Source of the DNA: an uncultured delta proteobacterium
GTDB lineage: Bacteria > Myxococcota_A > Polyangia > Polyangiales > B10-G4
DNA: 64,000 nt
Direction of reading: 5' to 3'
Assembly: GCA_963727445.1 (NCBI GenBank)
Contig: CAVSGI010000006.1
Coordinates: 1 to 64,000 of the forward strand
Part shown: piece by piece, positions 10,132 to 21,432 of the stretch
Layout of the letters: the number at the start of each line of letters is the position of its first letter
How positions within the stretch are numbered: position 1 is the first letter of the stretch
Notes under the pieces: generated by a model
The model's database searches: none
Told to the model about the DNA's origin: nothing
The model's input: the letters and a program-made list of their open reading frames with translations, nothing else
Made by a program: the position numbers and the translations under genes

Positions 10132-12852
10132 TCAACGCAGATAGAGGCGCGGGTCGTGGGGCCGGGCGTCCAGGTGGAAATGGTCGCGGTGGCCTTCGTT
10201 GTAGTTCGGCGTCAGGACGCTCGAGAACTGGCCGCTGCGGTAGATCTCGCAGGCGATGGACAGGAGCGTCTTGGCCTTTTCGTTCTCGGGCTCATCGGCC
10301 TCGCAGGTGTATTCGGCGGGGGTCTCGACGAAGTCGTCGTAGACCGAGAGCCAGCCCTTCTCCGGGCTCCAGAAGCGCGCCATGTCCAGGCCGAGGCCGA
10401 AGGTATGAAAGCTCTGCCGGGGCCAGTGGCGGTAGGCGCTGATCACGTCGACGCCGCGGATGCCGTGGCGCTTGACGATGCGCGCGATGGTCTTGAGGCG
10501 CAGCGCCATCTCGCAGCTGAGGGTGAAGGGGCGGTCGTCGTGGACCATGCGGAACCAGACGCCGTCGACGGGGCCGAGGATCTCCACCGGCGAGGGAATG
10601 GGGGTGGGGTGGTCGCCGAGCGGACGGAAGGCGATGCCGGCCTCCCGAAGCGCCGCATGGCATTGCGCCTGGGGGCGGATCAGCCACATGCGCGCCCGCG
10701 CCTCGCGCCAGGTCGCGCCGGGGATCAGCGCGCGGAAGTTGGCGAAGTTCTGCGAGCGTCGGGCGATCTCGCGAATCGCGGGGTAGGCCGGATCGGAGCG
10801 CGGGACGTGGAGGCTCCCGGGCGGATCCGGATCGGGCGGCGCCGGGGTGAGCGGGATCAAGAGGGCGTCGGCCGAAGCGTCGGCGCCGCCATCGACGCCG
10901 CCATCGGGCCCGGCCCATCCGCCTTCTCCGTCGGGCCGCGTCCGCGCCTCCTCCTTCAGCTGCCACCGCGCGTCGAAGTAACCGATCGCGAGCGGCCGAT
11001 TGCGCCCCGTCGCGAGACGGCTCCGCGAACGCGTCGTGCGCCCGTCGTAGACGAGGTAGTCGGGGACGAAGTCGGGCAGGTTGTTGCCGGCGTTGACCGC
11101 GCTCGCGGTCACGCCGCCCTGGACGATGAGGTAGCGCTCGGGCGCCTCGGGGTTCGGATGGATGAAGCGCACGCCCACGTCGCGCCCTTCGAAGCGTCGC
11201 TCCCCGAGCACCACCGCCTCCGAGTCGACCCGGATCGGGAGCTGCTCCGCGACCCGCGCCAGCACGCGGTTCGTCTGCTCGTTGCCGTAGAGGACGAGGT
11301 GCGCGTCGTGGGCGAGCTCCTCGGTCACCTCGGTGTCGGCGATCACGTCCTGGTCGTGCGCCCACAGCCACAGGGGCCATCCGCGCGAGCCGCGCTGGGC
11401 CGCGCGCCGCAGCGTCTCTTCCTCTTCGGGATCCGCCGTGCCGTACACGTGCACGCTCCGGCCGTGATAGGCGTCGGTGAGCGGGCCGGCGATGCCCGGC
11501 TTCTTCACGAAGCCTTCGGGGTCGTCGATGAAGCCGGTGGCGAAGTGACCGCCGTCGTTCACCAGGCTGATCACGTGGCCGAGCTGCGCGCGGGGGCCGG
11601 CGTACGCCTCGTGGCCGTCGACGACGATGCGCACCTCTTCGCCCTCACCGACAGGCGCGTCCCGAAGGTCGAGGGTGAAGGCGCGGACGTTGTCGGTGGT
11701 GACCTCGATCGCGCCGTCCTCGGCCGTCGCCTCGACCCGGCCGAGCTCGGGGTAGTCGATGAAGCGGCTGATGGTGACCCAGTGCTGTCGCGCGGCGCGG
11801 TAGTCGCCGCTCACGTCGATCACGTGGGCGGGACGACGGTTGCGCGGCTCGGAGGCGAGGGCGTCGAAGGTCCGCCCGTGGCGATGCACGCGGTAGAGGA
11901 TGTCGTGGCCGGCGTCGTACCAGGTGACGTTCGGCTCGATGCCGAGCTCGCCCATGCGCGCCTCGAGCTCCCGCACGTAGTTGGGGCGCATCGGGCCGGT
12001 GTCCGCGTCGCCGTGATAGAAGCGGAAGTCGGTGTTCACCGAGTTCTCGATCAGATCCATGCCGCTGAAGCGGAGCATGGCCGTGCGCTCGGCGGGCAGG
12101 GGATTACCGCCCGCGTACTGGAGCCAGCTCGGCGCGCCCGCGATGGCCTGCACCACGCTGAAGCGCCAGGCGTGCCGCATGCCGATGGCGTAGGCGCCCA
12201 GGCCGCCGTTCGACAGGCCGGCGAGGATCACCCTGTCGGGATCGACGTTGTAGTTCCGGCTCACGTCGTCGACCACCGCGAGGACGTCGTCCTCGCCCAT
12301 CCACCGCCAGAGCACTTGGCCGAAGCCGTCCGGCGCCGCGACGATCACGTTGGGTGACCAGCGCGGCTCGAAGTCGTCCCAGAGGAATTCGTTGTAGCGC
12401 AGCCAGCTCATGTTGTTGCCGAGGACGACGCCCAGAAAGAGATTGCCGTTCGACGAGCCGCCGTGGAGCACGATCATCAGCGGCCACGAACGCGCCGGGT
12501 CGTAATCAGGCGGCAGATAGACCGCGTAACCCTGGGTGCGGGTGGAGATCTCCTGCGGGTAGGCGCGGTTGACGATGTGGTTCTGCTCGAGCGGATAGGG
12601 GTCGGTGCCTTCGCGCGCCAACCGGAGGTAACGTGCCGCGCGCGTGCGCCAGCTCTCGGATTGGGTCGGGAACGAGCCCTCGATGCGATTGGAGGTCTCG
12701 ATCAGGTAGCGGATGCTGAGGAGCGTGCCCTCGGGAACGGACGCGGGGGGATCCGCCTCTAGCGCCTCGAGCTGGTGCAGGAGCTCGGCGGAGGAGGGCT
12801 GCGCCGCGGCGGTCGCCGTCCACGACCACAGAACGAACAGCGAAAGCAGCAC
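10132..12852 (-). CDS. Secreted alpha/beta-hydrolase (esterase/peptidase) with C-terminal extensin-like domain
   Basis: Signal peptide VLLSLFVLWSWTATAAA, LHGG, nucleophile GLSNG, HGDAD and GHD. C-terminal SFHTFGLGLD...HRDHFHLD. Confidence 0.75.
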   Translation of the reverse strand: MLLSLFVLWSWTATAAAQPSSAELLHQLEALEADPPASVPEGTLLSIRYLIETSNRIEGSFPTQSESWRTRAARYLRLAREGTDPYPLEQNHIVNRAYPQEISTRTQGYAVYLPPDYDPARSWPLMIVLHGGSSNGNLFLGVVLGNNMSWLRYNEFLWDDFEPRWSPNVIVAAPDGFGQVLWRWMGEDDVLAVVDDVSRNYNVDPDRVILAGLSNGGLGAYAIGMRHAWRFSVVQAIAGAPSWLQYAGGNPLPAERTAMLRFSGMDLIENSVNTDFRFYHGDADTGPMRPNYVRELEARMGELGIEPNVTWYDAGHDILYRVHRHGRTFDALASEPRNRRPAHVIDVSGDYRAARQHWVTISRFIDYPELGRVEATAEDGAIEVTTDNVRAFTLDLRDAPVGEGEEVRIVVDGHEAYAGPRAQLGHVISLVNDGGHFATGFIDDPEGFVKKPGIAGPLTDAYHGRSVHVYGTADPEEEETLRRAAQRGSRGWPLWLWAHDQDVIADTEVTEELAHDAHLVLYGNEQTNRVLARVAEQLPIRVDSEAVVLGERRFEGRDVGVRFIHPNPEAPERYLIVQGGVTASAVNAGNNLPDFVPDYLVYDGRTTRSRSRLATGRNRPLAIGYFDARWQLKEEARTRPDGEGGWAGPDGGVDGGADASADALLIPLTPAPPDPDPPGSLHVPRSDPAYPAIREIARRSQNFANFRALIPGATWREARARMWLIRPQAQCHAALREAGIAFRPLGDHPTPIPSPVEILGPVDGVWFRMVHDDRPFTLSCEMALRLKTIARIVKRHGIRGVDVISAYRHWPRQSFHTFGLGLDMARFWSPEKGWLSVYDDFVETPAEYTCEADEPENEKAKTLLSIACEIYRSGQFSSVLTPNYNEGHRDHFHLDARPHDPRLYLR

Positions 12853-12884
12853 CTTCCGCGCGCCGCGCGGGCGCCGCGCGCCGC

Positions 12885-14729
12885 TCAGCTGCGTTCGCTT
12901 ATCCAAGCCTCGAAAGCCTCGCACGCCTCGTCGAATCCCCCGTCCTCGGCCGTTGCGACCACCTCGCGACCGTGCATCACACGGATCGTCGCGTCCAGTT
13001 CGACGGGCCCTTCCTGGGGGGGAACCGTTTTCATGCGCTCGACCCGCTCGCGGGCCTCCGCGAAGGTCTCCTCGGGCGTCGCGTTCGCCGCCTCCACCAG
13101 CGCGTCGGCGCTGAGCGCGCTGCCGGTGAGCGATGCGATGGTCTCGTCGAAGGTCAGGGCGTTGCCCTCTGCCCAGTAGTGCTTCGCCAGGTCGGGTCCG
13201 ATGCGCGAGTTGTCGGTGAGGTGCCCGTCGCGCTCGAGGAAGAAGCGTCGCGTCTGATAGACTGCCATCTCTGCCAGGACGTAACCGTGGTAGTAGGCGC
13301 TCGATTCCCCGGCCAACAGATGCGGCACCGCCAGCACCGGGCGCGTGCCGCTGGTGAGGCCCTGGAGATCCCTCTCCACCCGGCGGAAGGTCTCGAGGAC
13401 CCGGTCGGGGCTGAGCTCGGCCTCGTCGATCTCGTAGAGCGCCCGCTCGGCGAAAGGAACGGTCAGCATCGCCCGCTGATCCCAGCCCTTGAAGGGCTGC
13501 TGCTCCGCGATGACCTCTTCGACGAGTGACATCGGGACCGCCTCGCCCGCCGGGGTCCTGGCGTAGCGCGTCTGCCAGGCGGCGTCGTCGATGAGCGAGT
13601 CCATGAACATCGACTGCGTTTCGGCGAGGCCCACGCTGGTCGGCGCGAACTCCTGCGAAAAGCAGGGGGCCTTCTTGAGGATGTTGGCGAAGTGGGCGGC
13701 GTGGCCGCCCTCGTGAAAGAGCGTCCGGACCGCGCTGTGTCCGGCGCCGACCTGACCCACCACGGCGTTGGCTGTGAAGTTGATGCGCGCCGGGTGCCAG
13801 GTGTCGCCGTCGAAGAACGCTGGCTCCGGCCCGTGCATGAATCCGTTTTCGTACTTCCCTTCGCGATCGAGGAGATCGAGGGTCAGCGTGGCGCCGCGAT
13901 AACGCACGCCCAGCGCGGCGAAGGAGCGACCCCAGCGCCGGAGCGCGGTGCCGAAGCCGAAGTAGGGGTCGAGCTTCTCGGTGATGGAGCCCGACCTCAG
14001 GTAGCCGAAGCTCCACGGCTCGAGCGCGCCCTCGCCATGCTCTTTCGCGAACGCGGCGAGCGCCTTTTCGGTGCTCACGCGCGTGCGCGCCGCCAGGTCG
14101 TCGAGCACTTCGAAGAGCCGGCGCTTGCTCATGTGCTCCACAACCTGCACGCGCCAGTCGTAGTAGTCCTCGTAGCCGAGCGCGCGGCCCAGGCGATTGC
14201 GGAGCTTCACGATCTCGAGGAAGCCGTGATCGAGCACGTGCTTCTCGATGGTGCGAAGGCCCTCCCACGCCGACTTGCGAAGCCGCACGTCGTCCGAGGT
14301 GCGCACGAGGAGCGCCAGCTTGTTGCTGGAGGCGCGGATGTGCGCGCCCGTGTCGGGATCGACGTAGCCGAGCTCCATCGTGCCGCGCGCCCGCGCGAGG
14401 TCCGCTTCGCGCTCGACGATCTCCTCGGAGAGCTTACGCGCCTCGGGGCTCTCCACCACGTGGGCGGCGAGCATGGCGATCCAGCCGCGGGTGATCTCCG
14501 CCTCCTCGCCCACCGCCTTCTTCTCGAGGGCGCGGAGCTCGGCGAGGCGTTCGGGGCTCTGCAGAAACGCGTTCCACGCCTTCTCGGCCTCCGCGGCCTG
14601 CTTCTGGGCGGCGGCGGGGTCCTGTGAGAGCCCCATCTTGGTCTCCCAGAACAGGTTCTCCTTCGCCGTGTGGAGCGAGATGTACCGGTCCTTGAGGCGG
14701 GAGAGGGTGCCTGCGACCTCGGAGCTCAT
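12885..14729 (-). CDS. M3-family oligopeptidase
   Basis: GKYENGF, LFHEGGHAAH (HExxH), AETQSMF. Confidence 0.88.
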   Translation of the reverse strand: MSSEVAGTLSRLKDRYISLHTAKENLFWETKMGLSQDPAAAQKQAAEAEKAWNAFLQSPERLAELRALEKKAVGEEAEITRGWIAMLAAHVVESPEARKLSEEIVEREADLARARGTMELGYVDPDTGAHIRASSNKLALLVRTSDDVRLRKSAWEGLRTIEKHVLDHGFLEIVKLRNRLGRALGYEDYYDWRVQVVEHMSKRRLFEVLDDLAARTRVSTEKALAAFAKEHGEGALEPWSFGYLRSGSITEKLDPYFGFGTALRRWGRSFAALGVRYRGATLTLDLLDREGKYENGFMHGPEPAFFDGDTWHPARINFTANAVVGQVGAGHSAVRTLFHEGGHAAHFANILKKAPCFSQEFAPTSVGLAETQSMFMDSLIDDAAWQTRYARTPAGEAVPMSLVEEVIAEQQPFKGWDQRAMLTVPFAERALYEIDEAELSPDRVLETFRRVERDLQGLTSGTRPVLAVPHLLAGESSAYYHGYVLAEMAVYQTRRFFLERDGHLTDNSRIGPDLAKHYWAEGNALTFDETIASLTGSALSADALVEAANATPEETFAEARERVERMKTVPPQEGPVELDATIRVMHGREVVATAEDGGFDEACEAFEAWISERS

Positions 14730-14780
14730 CGCCCTGAACCATAGGACAAGGAGGCGAAAGCACCAACGGGGGAGGAGGAT

Positions 14781-15392
14781 TCAGAAGATGAAGAGGCGAA
14801 TTCGATCCGCGCGGGTGAGGCGGTCGTGGGCCTCGAGGCCGGCGACGGCCAGCCCGAAGCCGGCCAGCATCACCCCCAGGACGGGCAAGCCGATGGTGCC
14901 GGTACAAAAGGCGCCCGCCAAGAATCCCCCGCTCGCCAGCCAGGGCCGGGCCCCCTCGGGGATGGGGATCTCGATCGGCGGCTTCTGTGGAGCCTCGAGG
15001 CGGGTGATGAGCTCGGCGACGCGCGGATCCTCCTCTGCCGCCGTGCGGCGACCCCGCCAGGTGTCGACGACCGCCACGGCGCAGCGCGGGCAGGTGTCAT
15101 CGACAGGGAAGGTGTCGTCGCAGCGCGGGCAGGCGAAGCGCTCCCGGATCGGTGCCGGCGGCGGCGGGGTGGTCACGGGCTTTCGGCCCGGCTTCGGCGT
15201 GAGGTCCTCTCCACGGGCGAGGCGGAGCGCGGTCTCGTAGGCCCAGACGACGCGCTTGAAGCGCTCGGAAGCGGCGGCGGTGTTGCCGTGCCTATCGGGG
15301 TGGAGCAGGGCGGCCTTGCGGCGGAAGGCGGCGCGGATGAAGCGGGTATCGTGGGTAGCGGAAATGCCCAGAATGGCGAAGGGCTCGTTCAT
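14781..15392 (-). CDS. J-domain protein with CxxC...CxxC zinc finger and C-terminal TM helices
   Basis: HPD motif, CPRC...CPRC, hydrophobic C-terminus. Confidence 0.8.
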   Translation of the reverse strand: MNEPFAILGISATHDTRFIRAAFRRKAALLHPDRHGNTAAASERFKRVVWAYETALRLARGEDLTPKPGRKPVTTPPPPAPIRERFACPRCDDTFPVDDTCPRCAVAVVDTWRGRRTAAEEDPRVAELITRLEAPQKPPIEIPIPEGARPWLASGGFLAGAFCTGTIGLPVLGVMLAGFGLAVAGLEAHDRLTRADRIRLFIF

Positions 15393-15534
15393 CGTCTTCC
15401 CCAGATCATACCCGCGGCCTCCCCGGTTCTTCCTTGGACAACGGCCGATTGTCGGGGTTCCAAAGAAAGGAGGGTCACGCCATCAGGTTCCCACAATTGC
15501 GGGATTTTCGGGAGGACGCTGCTACCTTCGCGTC

Positions 15535-16149
15535 GTGCCCCTCGGCGACTTCTACGTCCCGGACCCGATCATCCTCTGTCCCCTCTGCGGATCGCCGATC
15601 CCGGAGTGGGAGGGATATGGGGGCGCGGGTGCCTTCGTGGTCTTCGCCCAGGGCAAGGCGGAGCCCATCGAAGAACGCCTGCCTTCCCAGGTCCCCGAGG
15701 GGGGCGCCAAGCTGCCGGACGGCACGGTGCCGCTCTTCGTCACCTGCAAAGAAGGCCACCCGCTGATGGCGGAGGCCACCATCGAGGATGGCGTCTTTTC
15801 GGACATCGAGGTGACGGACGCCGACGGTGGAATGCCGATGCGTCTGGTCGGCGGCTTCGTGATGTGGCGCGCGATCGGCGCGCGCTATTCCGTGAGCACG
15901 CTCCGGCCGACCGAGGCGCAAGGCGTGATCCCCGCGTCGATCACGGCCATCGGCTTCAACGACGATTGCATCCTGGCCACCCGCCGAAAGGACACGCGCG
16001 ACCCGAGCTCCCACGACGAGTGGTACTTCGTCGACGTCGCGAAGAAGAAGGCCGTCGGCCCCGTGCCCGACGCCGAGATCAAAGCGCGTCTCGAAGACGA
16101 GGGCCTGCCGGAGCCGGAGGTCATGACGCTCCCCGAAGACGTCGGATAG
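15535..16149 (+). CDS. Hypothetical protein (N-terminal Cys/His motif; C-terminal DUF3997-like region)
   Basis: CPLC...CKEGH, then IPASITAIGFNDDCILA...WYFVD...VGP; GC3-rich codon use from GTG 15535. Confidence 0.6.
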   Translation: MPLGDFYVPDPIILCPLCGSPIPEWEGYGGAGAFVVFAQGKAEPIEERLPSQVPEGGAKLPDGTVPLFVTCKEGHPLMAEATIEDGVFSDIEVTDADGGMPMRLVGGFVMWRAIGARYSVSTLRPTEAQGVIPASITAIGFNDDCILATRRKDTRDPSSHDEWYFVDVAKKKAVGPVPDAEIKARLEDEGLPEPEVMTLPEDVG

Positions 16150-16227
16150 CGGCCGCTCGGCTCCGGCCGTAGACGAAAAGCTCCTCTGGGGTTAAATCCG
16201 TGGCCCCGAACGTCCTGTGGAGGAACC

Positions 16228-17622
16228 ATGAGCACGCGAACCGAAAGCGACTCGATGGGCACCATCGAGGTGCCTTCCGAAGCCTACTACGGCGCCCAGA
16301 CGGCCCGCTCCAAGATGAACTTCCCGATCGGCCACGAGACGATGCCGATCGAGATCGTGCGTGCCTTCGGTGTCCTCAAGAAGGCGGCGGCGCTAACCAA
16401 CCACGAGCTCGGGCTCCTGAGCGACGAGGAGAAGGACCTGATCGCCAAGGCCGCCGACGAGGTCATCAGCGGAAAGCTCGACGGACACTTCCCCCTCGTC
16501 GTCTGGCAGACCGGCTCCGGCACCCAATCGAACATGAACGTCAACGAGGTGATCTCGAACCGCGCCATCGAGCTGGCGGGGGGCGAGCGGGGCAGCAAGA
16601 AGCCCATTCACCCGAACGACCACGTCAACAAGAGCCAGTCGTCGAACGACACCTTCCCCACCGCGATGCACATCGCGGCGGTGATCGAGATCGAGGACCG
16701 GCTGATCCCGCACGTGACGCAGCTCCGCGACACGTTGGCCAAGAAGGCCGACGCCTACGTCGGCTTGGTGAAGATCGGGCGCACGCACCTTCAGGACGCG
16801 ACGCCGCTCACCCTCGGTCAGGAGATCAGCGGCTGGGTCTCGCAGCTCGATCACGGTATGGCCGCGGTGCGCGCCACGCTGCCGCAGCTGCGCGAGCTCG
16901 CTCTCGGCGGGACCGCCGTCGGCACGGGGCTCAACACCCACCCCGACTACGCCAGGAAGGTCGCCGAGCACATCTCGAAGATCACCGGCAAGGAGTTCAT
17001 CACCGCGCCCAACAAGTTCGCGACGCTCGCGGCGCACGACGCCTACGTGGGCACGAGCGGCGCGCTCAAGCAGCTCGCCGCCGCGTGCATGAAGATCGCC
17101 AACGACGTTCGCTGGCTGGCGAGCGGGCCGCGCTGCGGTATCGGCGAGATCACCATCCCGGCCAACGAGCCGGGTAGCTCCATCATGCCGGGGAAGGTGA
17201 ACCCGACGCAGTGCGAAGCGCTGACCATGGTGTGCTGTCAGGTCTTCGGCAACGACGCGACCATCGGCTTCGCCGGGAGTCAGGGCAACTTCGAGCTCAA
17301 CGTCTACAAGCCGGTGATGGCGTACAACCTGCTCCAGTCGATCCAGCTGCTCGGCGACAGCTGCGCCAGCTTCGAGGAGCGCTGCGCGCGGGGGATCGAG
17401 CCCGACCGCGAGGTCATCGACGACAAGCTCCGGAAGTCGCTGATGCTGGTGACTGCTCTCAACCCGCACGTCGGCTACGACAACGCGGCCAAGATCGCCA
17501 AGCACGCCTACCAGAAGAAGATCACCCTGCGCGAATCGGCCGAGGACCTCGGCCTGATGAAGGGCGAGGACTTCGACCGGGTGGTCAAGCCCGAAGAGAT
17601 GGTCGGCCCGCTGAAGATCTGA
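16228..17622 (+). CDS. fumC: Class II fumarate hydratase
   Basis: [22 protein letters not shown] and [15 protein letters not shown] signatures. Confidence 0.98.
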   Translation: MSTRTESDSMGTIEVPSEAYYGAQTARSKMNFPIGHETMPIEIVRAFGVLKKAAALTNHELGLLSDEEKDLIAKAADEVISGKLDGHFPLVVWQTGSGTQSNMNVNEVISNRAIELAGGERGSKKPIHPNDHVNKSQSSNDTFPTAMHIAAVIEIEDRLIPHVTQLRDTLAKKADAYVGLVKIGRTHLQDATPLTLGQEISGWVSQLDHGMAAVRATLPQLRELALGGTAVGTGLNTHPDYARKVAEHISKITGKEFITAPNKFATLAAHDAYVGTSGALKQLAAACMKIANDVRWLASGPRCGIGEITIPANEPGSSIMPGKVNPTQCEALTMVCCQVFGNDATIGFAGSQGNFELNVYKPVMAYNLLQSIQLLGDSCASFEERCARGIEPDREVIDDKLRKSLMLVTALNPHVGYDNAAKIAKHAYQKKITLRESAEDLGLMKGEDFDRVVKPEEMVGPLKI

Positions 17623-17675
17623 AGCGCTGAGGTCGGGATGCCCGGTCGGGCGGCGGGGTGTAGGCTTCGCCCGCC

Positions 17676-19674
17676 ATGCTTTCCCTTCGCGCGCTCTCGG
17701 CCTTCGCCTTCACTTCCCTCGTCCTGGTGCTCGACGTCGGTTGCTCCGGCGACGACGCGATGGACGCCGATGCCGGCGCCGACTCCGGCATGCCCGACGC
17801 AGCGGCGGATACCGGGCCGGCCCCGGACACGGGCCCCCCGCCGGGCGCCGTGTTCGACACGAGCACGACCTACGGCGCCGCGCCTCTCGACTGCGCCAGC
17901 GCGCCCGCGAAGCGCGAGGGTCGCTCACTCGGCGATCAGCGCCGCTTCGCGCTCAGCGTCCTTCACTACAACATCCAGTACGTCGCTGGCGGGCTCGACA
18001 ACTTCTTCTTCTCCGGGACCGAGCCCTACGACGGCTGGACCGACGACGACATCCAGGATCTCGATCGTCACCGAGTCGCTCGTGCCGGTGCTCGACCTCT
18101 TGGAGCGACATCCGACCTGGACGCTCTCACTCGAGATGCAGGGCTACCTCGTAGAGGTGCTCCTCGCGCGTCACCGCGAGGTGGCGCAGCAGCTCGCCGA
18201 CCTCGTGGCGGGGGGACAGGTCGAGCTCTTGTCGTTCCACTACTCGGATCAGCTCTTCCTCGCCCACGGACAGGACCAGATGGCGTGGAGCCGCGCGCTC
18301 AATCACGACGTGCTGGCGAACGGATGCATCGTCCCGAGCGATCCGGTGTTCACGCAGGAGGGGCAGTTCGGCGAAGGGATGCCGGCGTTCATGGGCGGCG
18401 GCGTCGCGTTGATCCCGAAGAACCTCTTCCGCCACTTCCAGGGCGACGGCGACGTCCTCCCGCTCTACCAGAGTCACGGCGTGGACGTCGTCGTCGGCGG
18501 GCGCGGTGTGAACGACATGGCGAGCGGCTTCGAGACCCAGTGGGTCTACATGGACGACGCCGAGCTCCTGGCGACCGGCGGCGTGAACCCCTACTTCCCC
18601 GACGTCTTCGTGGCGGATCCGGCGAAGGTCGCGGAATTCGAGACGCGCCTCGAAGGGCTCGAGGCGGACGGCTGGGCGATCGCCGGCATCTCCGACTACG
18701 TGGCGACCCTGGACGAGGCAGGGGTCCTGCCTGCGCCGCTTCCCGCCGTGCTCGACGGCACCTGGCAGCCGGACGACACGAAGAACCTCGCGCGGTGGAT
18801 GGGCGACGGCGGGCTCTTCAAGCCGACCGAGCGCGACAACCTGGTCCTGACGCAGGTCTCCCGCGCCACGCAGATGGTGAAGGCCGCGGGCGCGATCGCG
18901 GAGGTCGCCCGGTCGGCGAGCGTGCTCACCGCCGCCCAGGATCGCGAGCTCGCGCGCGCGCGCCGCGATCTCTTGCTCGGCTCCGTGTCGGATGCGACGG
19001 GATGGAACCCGATCTCGAACGAGGTCGAGTACTCGCTGTGGCACACCGACGCCGCGTGGACGCGCGCGCACGCCCTCGCCCTCGATGTCGCCGCGGCGCT
19101 CGGCACGTCGGCGCCATTCACCGTCGACACCGAGGACGGGACGATGACGCCGGGTGCGCCGACCACCCCCGCGATGGAGGCGGTTTCCGATCCGCCGATC
19201 ACCCTCACCACCGAGGGCGGAATGCGCGACGCGACGGTCACCTGGCAGCGCTACGCCGACGAGCCGGACCACTACGTCGTCTCGATCGATTGGAGCGTCG
19301 CCTACGGCGAGATCTCCGCAACGTGGCCCTGGACGACCGAGAGCGTGCGCTACACGCCCGCGCTTCTGGACGGCACGCTCGCCGAGGTGCCGCTCGCGGA
19401 GCTCGCCTTCACCGAGACGGCGATCCCGCTCGGCTCGGGCCCCTTCGCGCTCGACGATACGACCTGGCTCGTCCTCGACACCACCCGCGTCCATCTCGCC
19501 GCCCGCCTCGACCGCGCTGCCGAGACCGTGACCTTCTACGACGAAACCCTCCCGCGCGAGGTGGGCGACACCTGGCGCTTCCACGTCGTCGTGGGCGACG
19601 CCGACCGCGCCCTCGCCGTCGCTGACCGCGTCCTCTTGCACCCGATCGTGACCGTCGAAGCCGACGCGCCCTGA
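17676..19674 (+). CDS. Exported GH57/polysaccharide-deacetylase-fold protein (frameshift near 18060)
   Basis: Lipoprotein-like N-terminus and LHYNIQY, continuing in another frame as SLVPVLDLLERHPTW...GQVELLSFHYSDQ...DDAE. Confidence 0.6.
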
Positions 19675-19770
19675 TTCGAACCGAATGTAAGAGAAAAGAA
19701 AAAGCGCGCTCACCCGGGATGGCGCTGGGGTGGCGCCGTCGTCATCGTTTCCGTACATCGAGAGGGAGGC

Positions 19771-20607
19771 GTGATGGGACGAAGGATCTTCTTCAGCGTG
19801 ATGCTGCTCGTGGCGCTCGGCGCCCTGGGGCTCTCGGCGCCGCGCGTGAGCGTCGGACAGGAGCAGCCTGGCATCGTGGTCGAGCGCCACCACGCGCCGA
19901 GGCCCTCACCCACCGGCGTCGGCGACGGGATCATCACCGTCGTCCGCGTCGATCTGAGGCGCTACACCTTTCGCTTCCTCTCCGAGTCGCACGAGGGCAG
20001 GCGGCGCCCACTGCCCGCGTGGATCCGAGACGAGGGGCTCACGGGCGGGATCAACGCCGGAATGTTCCTGCCCGACGGGCGCAGCGTGGGCTTTCTGAAG
20101 CAGGGCGGGGAGGTTCGCAGCGACCGGCGACCCCGGCGCTTTCGCGGCGCCATCGCCTTCGACCCGCTCGCGAGCGGCCCGGCGCTCGCCTTCGGCGGCG
20201 ACGGATGCGCGCACGACCTCTCGTGGCTCTCCGCGCGCTACGGCTCGGTGCTCCAGTCGCGAACCCTGCTCCTCGACTGCGAAGGACACGCGCTGCCGTG
20301 GCCGAACCGCCGGCGATACAGCGCCGCTGCCATCGGCGGCGACGCAGAGGGCCGCGTCGTCCTCGTCCATTCGCGCACGCCCTACCGCATGGAAGTGCTG
20401 AGCCGAATGCTCGAGTCGATGCACCTCGGCATCCGCGGCCTCGCCTACATGGAGGGCGGCCCCGAGGCCTCGCTGGTGGTGGCTCACCCGCGCGCGCGGG
20501 TGAGCGAGACGGGGAGCTACGAAGACGGCTTCATGGAAAACGACGACAACCACGCCTTCTGGGACTTGCCGAACGTGATCGGATTCGCGCCCCGGCAAAG
20601 CGAGTGA
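19771..20607 (+). CDS. Phosphodiester glycosidase (NAGPA-like) family protein
   Basis: Signal peptide, INAGMF, SAAAIG, AYMEGGPEASL, LPNVIG. Confidence 0.8.
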   Translation: MMGRRIFFSVMLLVALGALGLSAPRVSVGQEQPGIVVERHHAPRPSPTGVGDGIITVVRVDLRRYTFRFLSESHEGRRRPLPAWIRDEGLTGGINAGMFLPDGRSVGFLKQGGEVRSDRRPRRFRGAIAFDPLASGPALAFGGDGCAHDLSWLSARYGSVLQSRTLLLDCEGHALPWPNRRRYSAAAIGGDAEGRVVLVHSRTPYRMEVLSRMLESMHLGIRGLAYMEGGPEASLVVAHPRARVSETGSYEDGFMENDDNHAFWDLPNVIGFAPRQSE

Positions 20608-21398
20608 TGCGCCCTCGTCGCGGCGTGCATCCAATGGCCATCGTGCCGCTCGCCATCGCGTTCGCGAGCCTCGCGTCGGCGACCGTCGCGCAGGAGCAGA
20701 GCGAGGGACGCGCGCAGGTGACGCGCATCCGCGGGCGGGCAGCCGGCCTCGTCTACGAGGAGACCCTCGTCGGCGGCGCGCAGGTCGCTGACGCGCTGCC
20801 TCTGGTGATCGCGCTGCATCAGCTCGGTGCGGGGCCGCGCGGCGCGTCCCGCGTCTTCGCGCGCGCGTCGGACTGCCCTGCCCGCATCGTCGCGCCGCGG
20901 GGGCCGCTCCGCCACCCGCCCGGCTTCAGCTTCATCGACGCCTACGCGGCCGATCCGGCGGAGGTGCTCGTCCCCGAGCTACGGCGCGGGGCGGACCGCC
21001 TCGCCCGCTTCATCGCGGAGATCCGGAGGGAGCGGCCGACGGTGGGGACGCCCATCGTCACCGGATTCTCTCAGGGCGGGATCATGACCTTCGCCCTCGC
21101 GGCGCTCCATCCAGAGTCGGTCGGGATCGCGCTGCCAGCGGCGGGGACACTGCCGCGCCCGCTGTGGCCCGAGGCCAGCCCCGACCTGCCGCCCATCCTC
21201 GCGTTCCACGGGGCCCGGGACACGATCGTCCCGATCTCGGGGGCGCGGGCCGCCATCGAGCACGTGCGCCGCCTGGGGCGCGACGCCCAACTGGTGGTCT
21301 ATCCGAACGCCGGCCACCGGTTCACCCGCGAGATGCGCCGAGCCCTCAGCCTGCGGGTGTCCGCAGAGGTCCGTGCGCGGGGCCACTGCTCCATTTGA
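20607..21398 (+). CDS. Phospholipase/carboxylesterase (alpha/beta hydrolase)
   Basis: GFSQGG nucleophile, FHGARDTIVP, GH. Start at 20607 or 20634. Confidence 0.85.
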   Translation: MRPRRGVHPMAIVPLAIAFASLASATVAQEQSEGRAQVTRIRGRAAGLVYEETLVGGAQVADALPLVIALHQLGAGPRGASRVFARASDCPARIVAPRGPLRHPPGFSFIDAYAADPAEVLVPELRRGADRLARFIAEIRRERPTVGTPIVTGFSQGGIMTFALAALHPESVGIALPAAGTLPRPLWPEASPDLPPILAFHGARDTIVPISGARAAIEHVRRLGRDAQLVVYPNAGHRFTREMRRALSLRVSAEVRARGHCSI

Positions 21399-21432
21399 GG
21401 GGATCCGGGCCGCGTGCTAATCCGCCGGCCAC

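Noticed and set aside
12853..14268. N-terminal part of the 1378-aa ORF
   Set aside because: Arg/Gly-rich off-frame shadow of the M3 peptidase; the real gene starts at the signal peptide near 12852.
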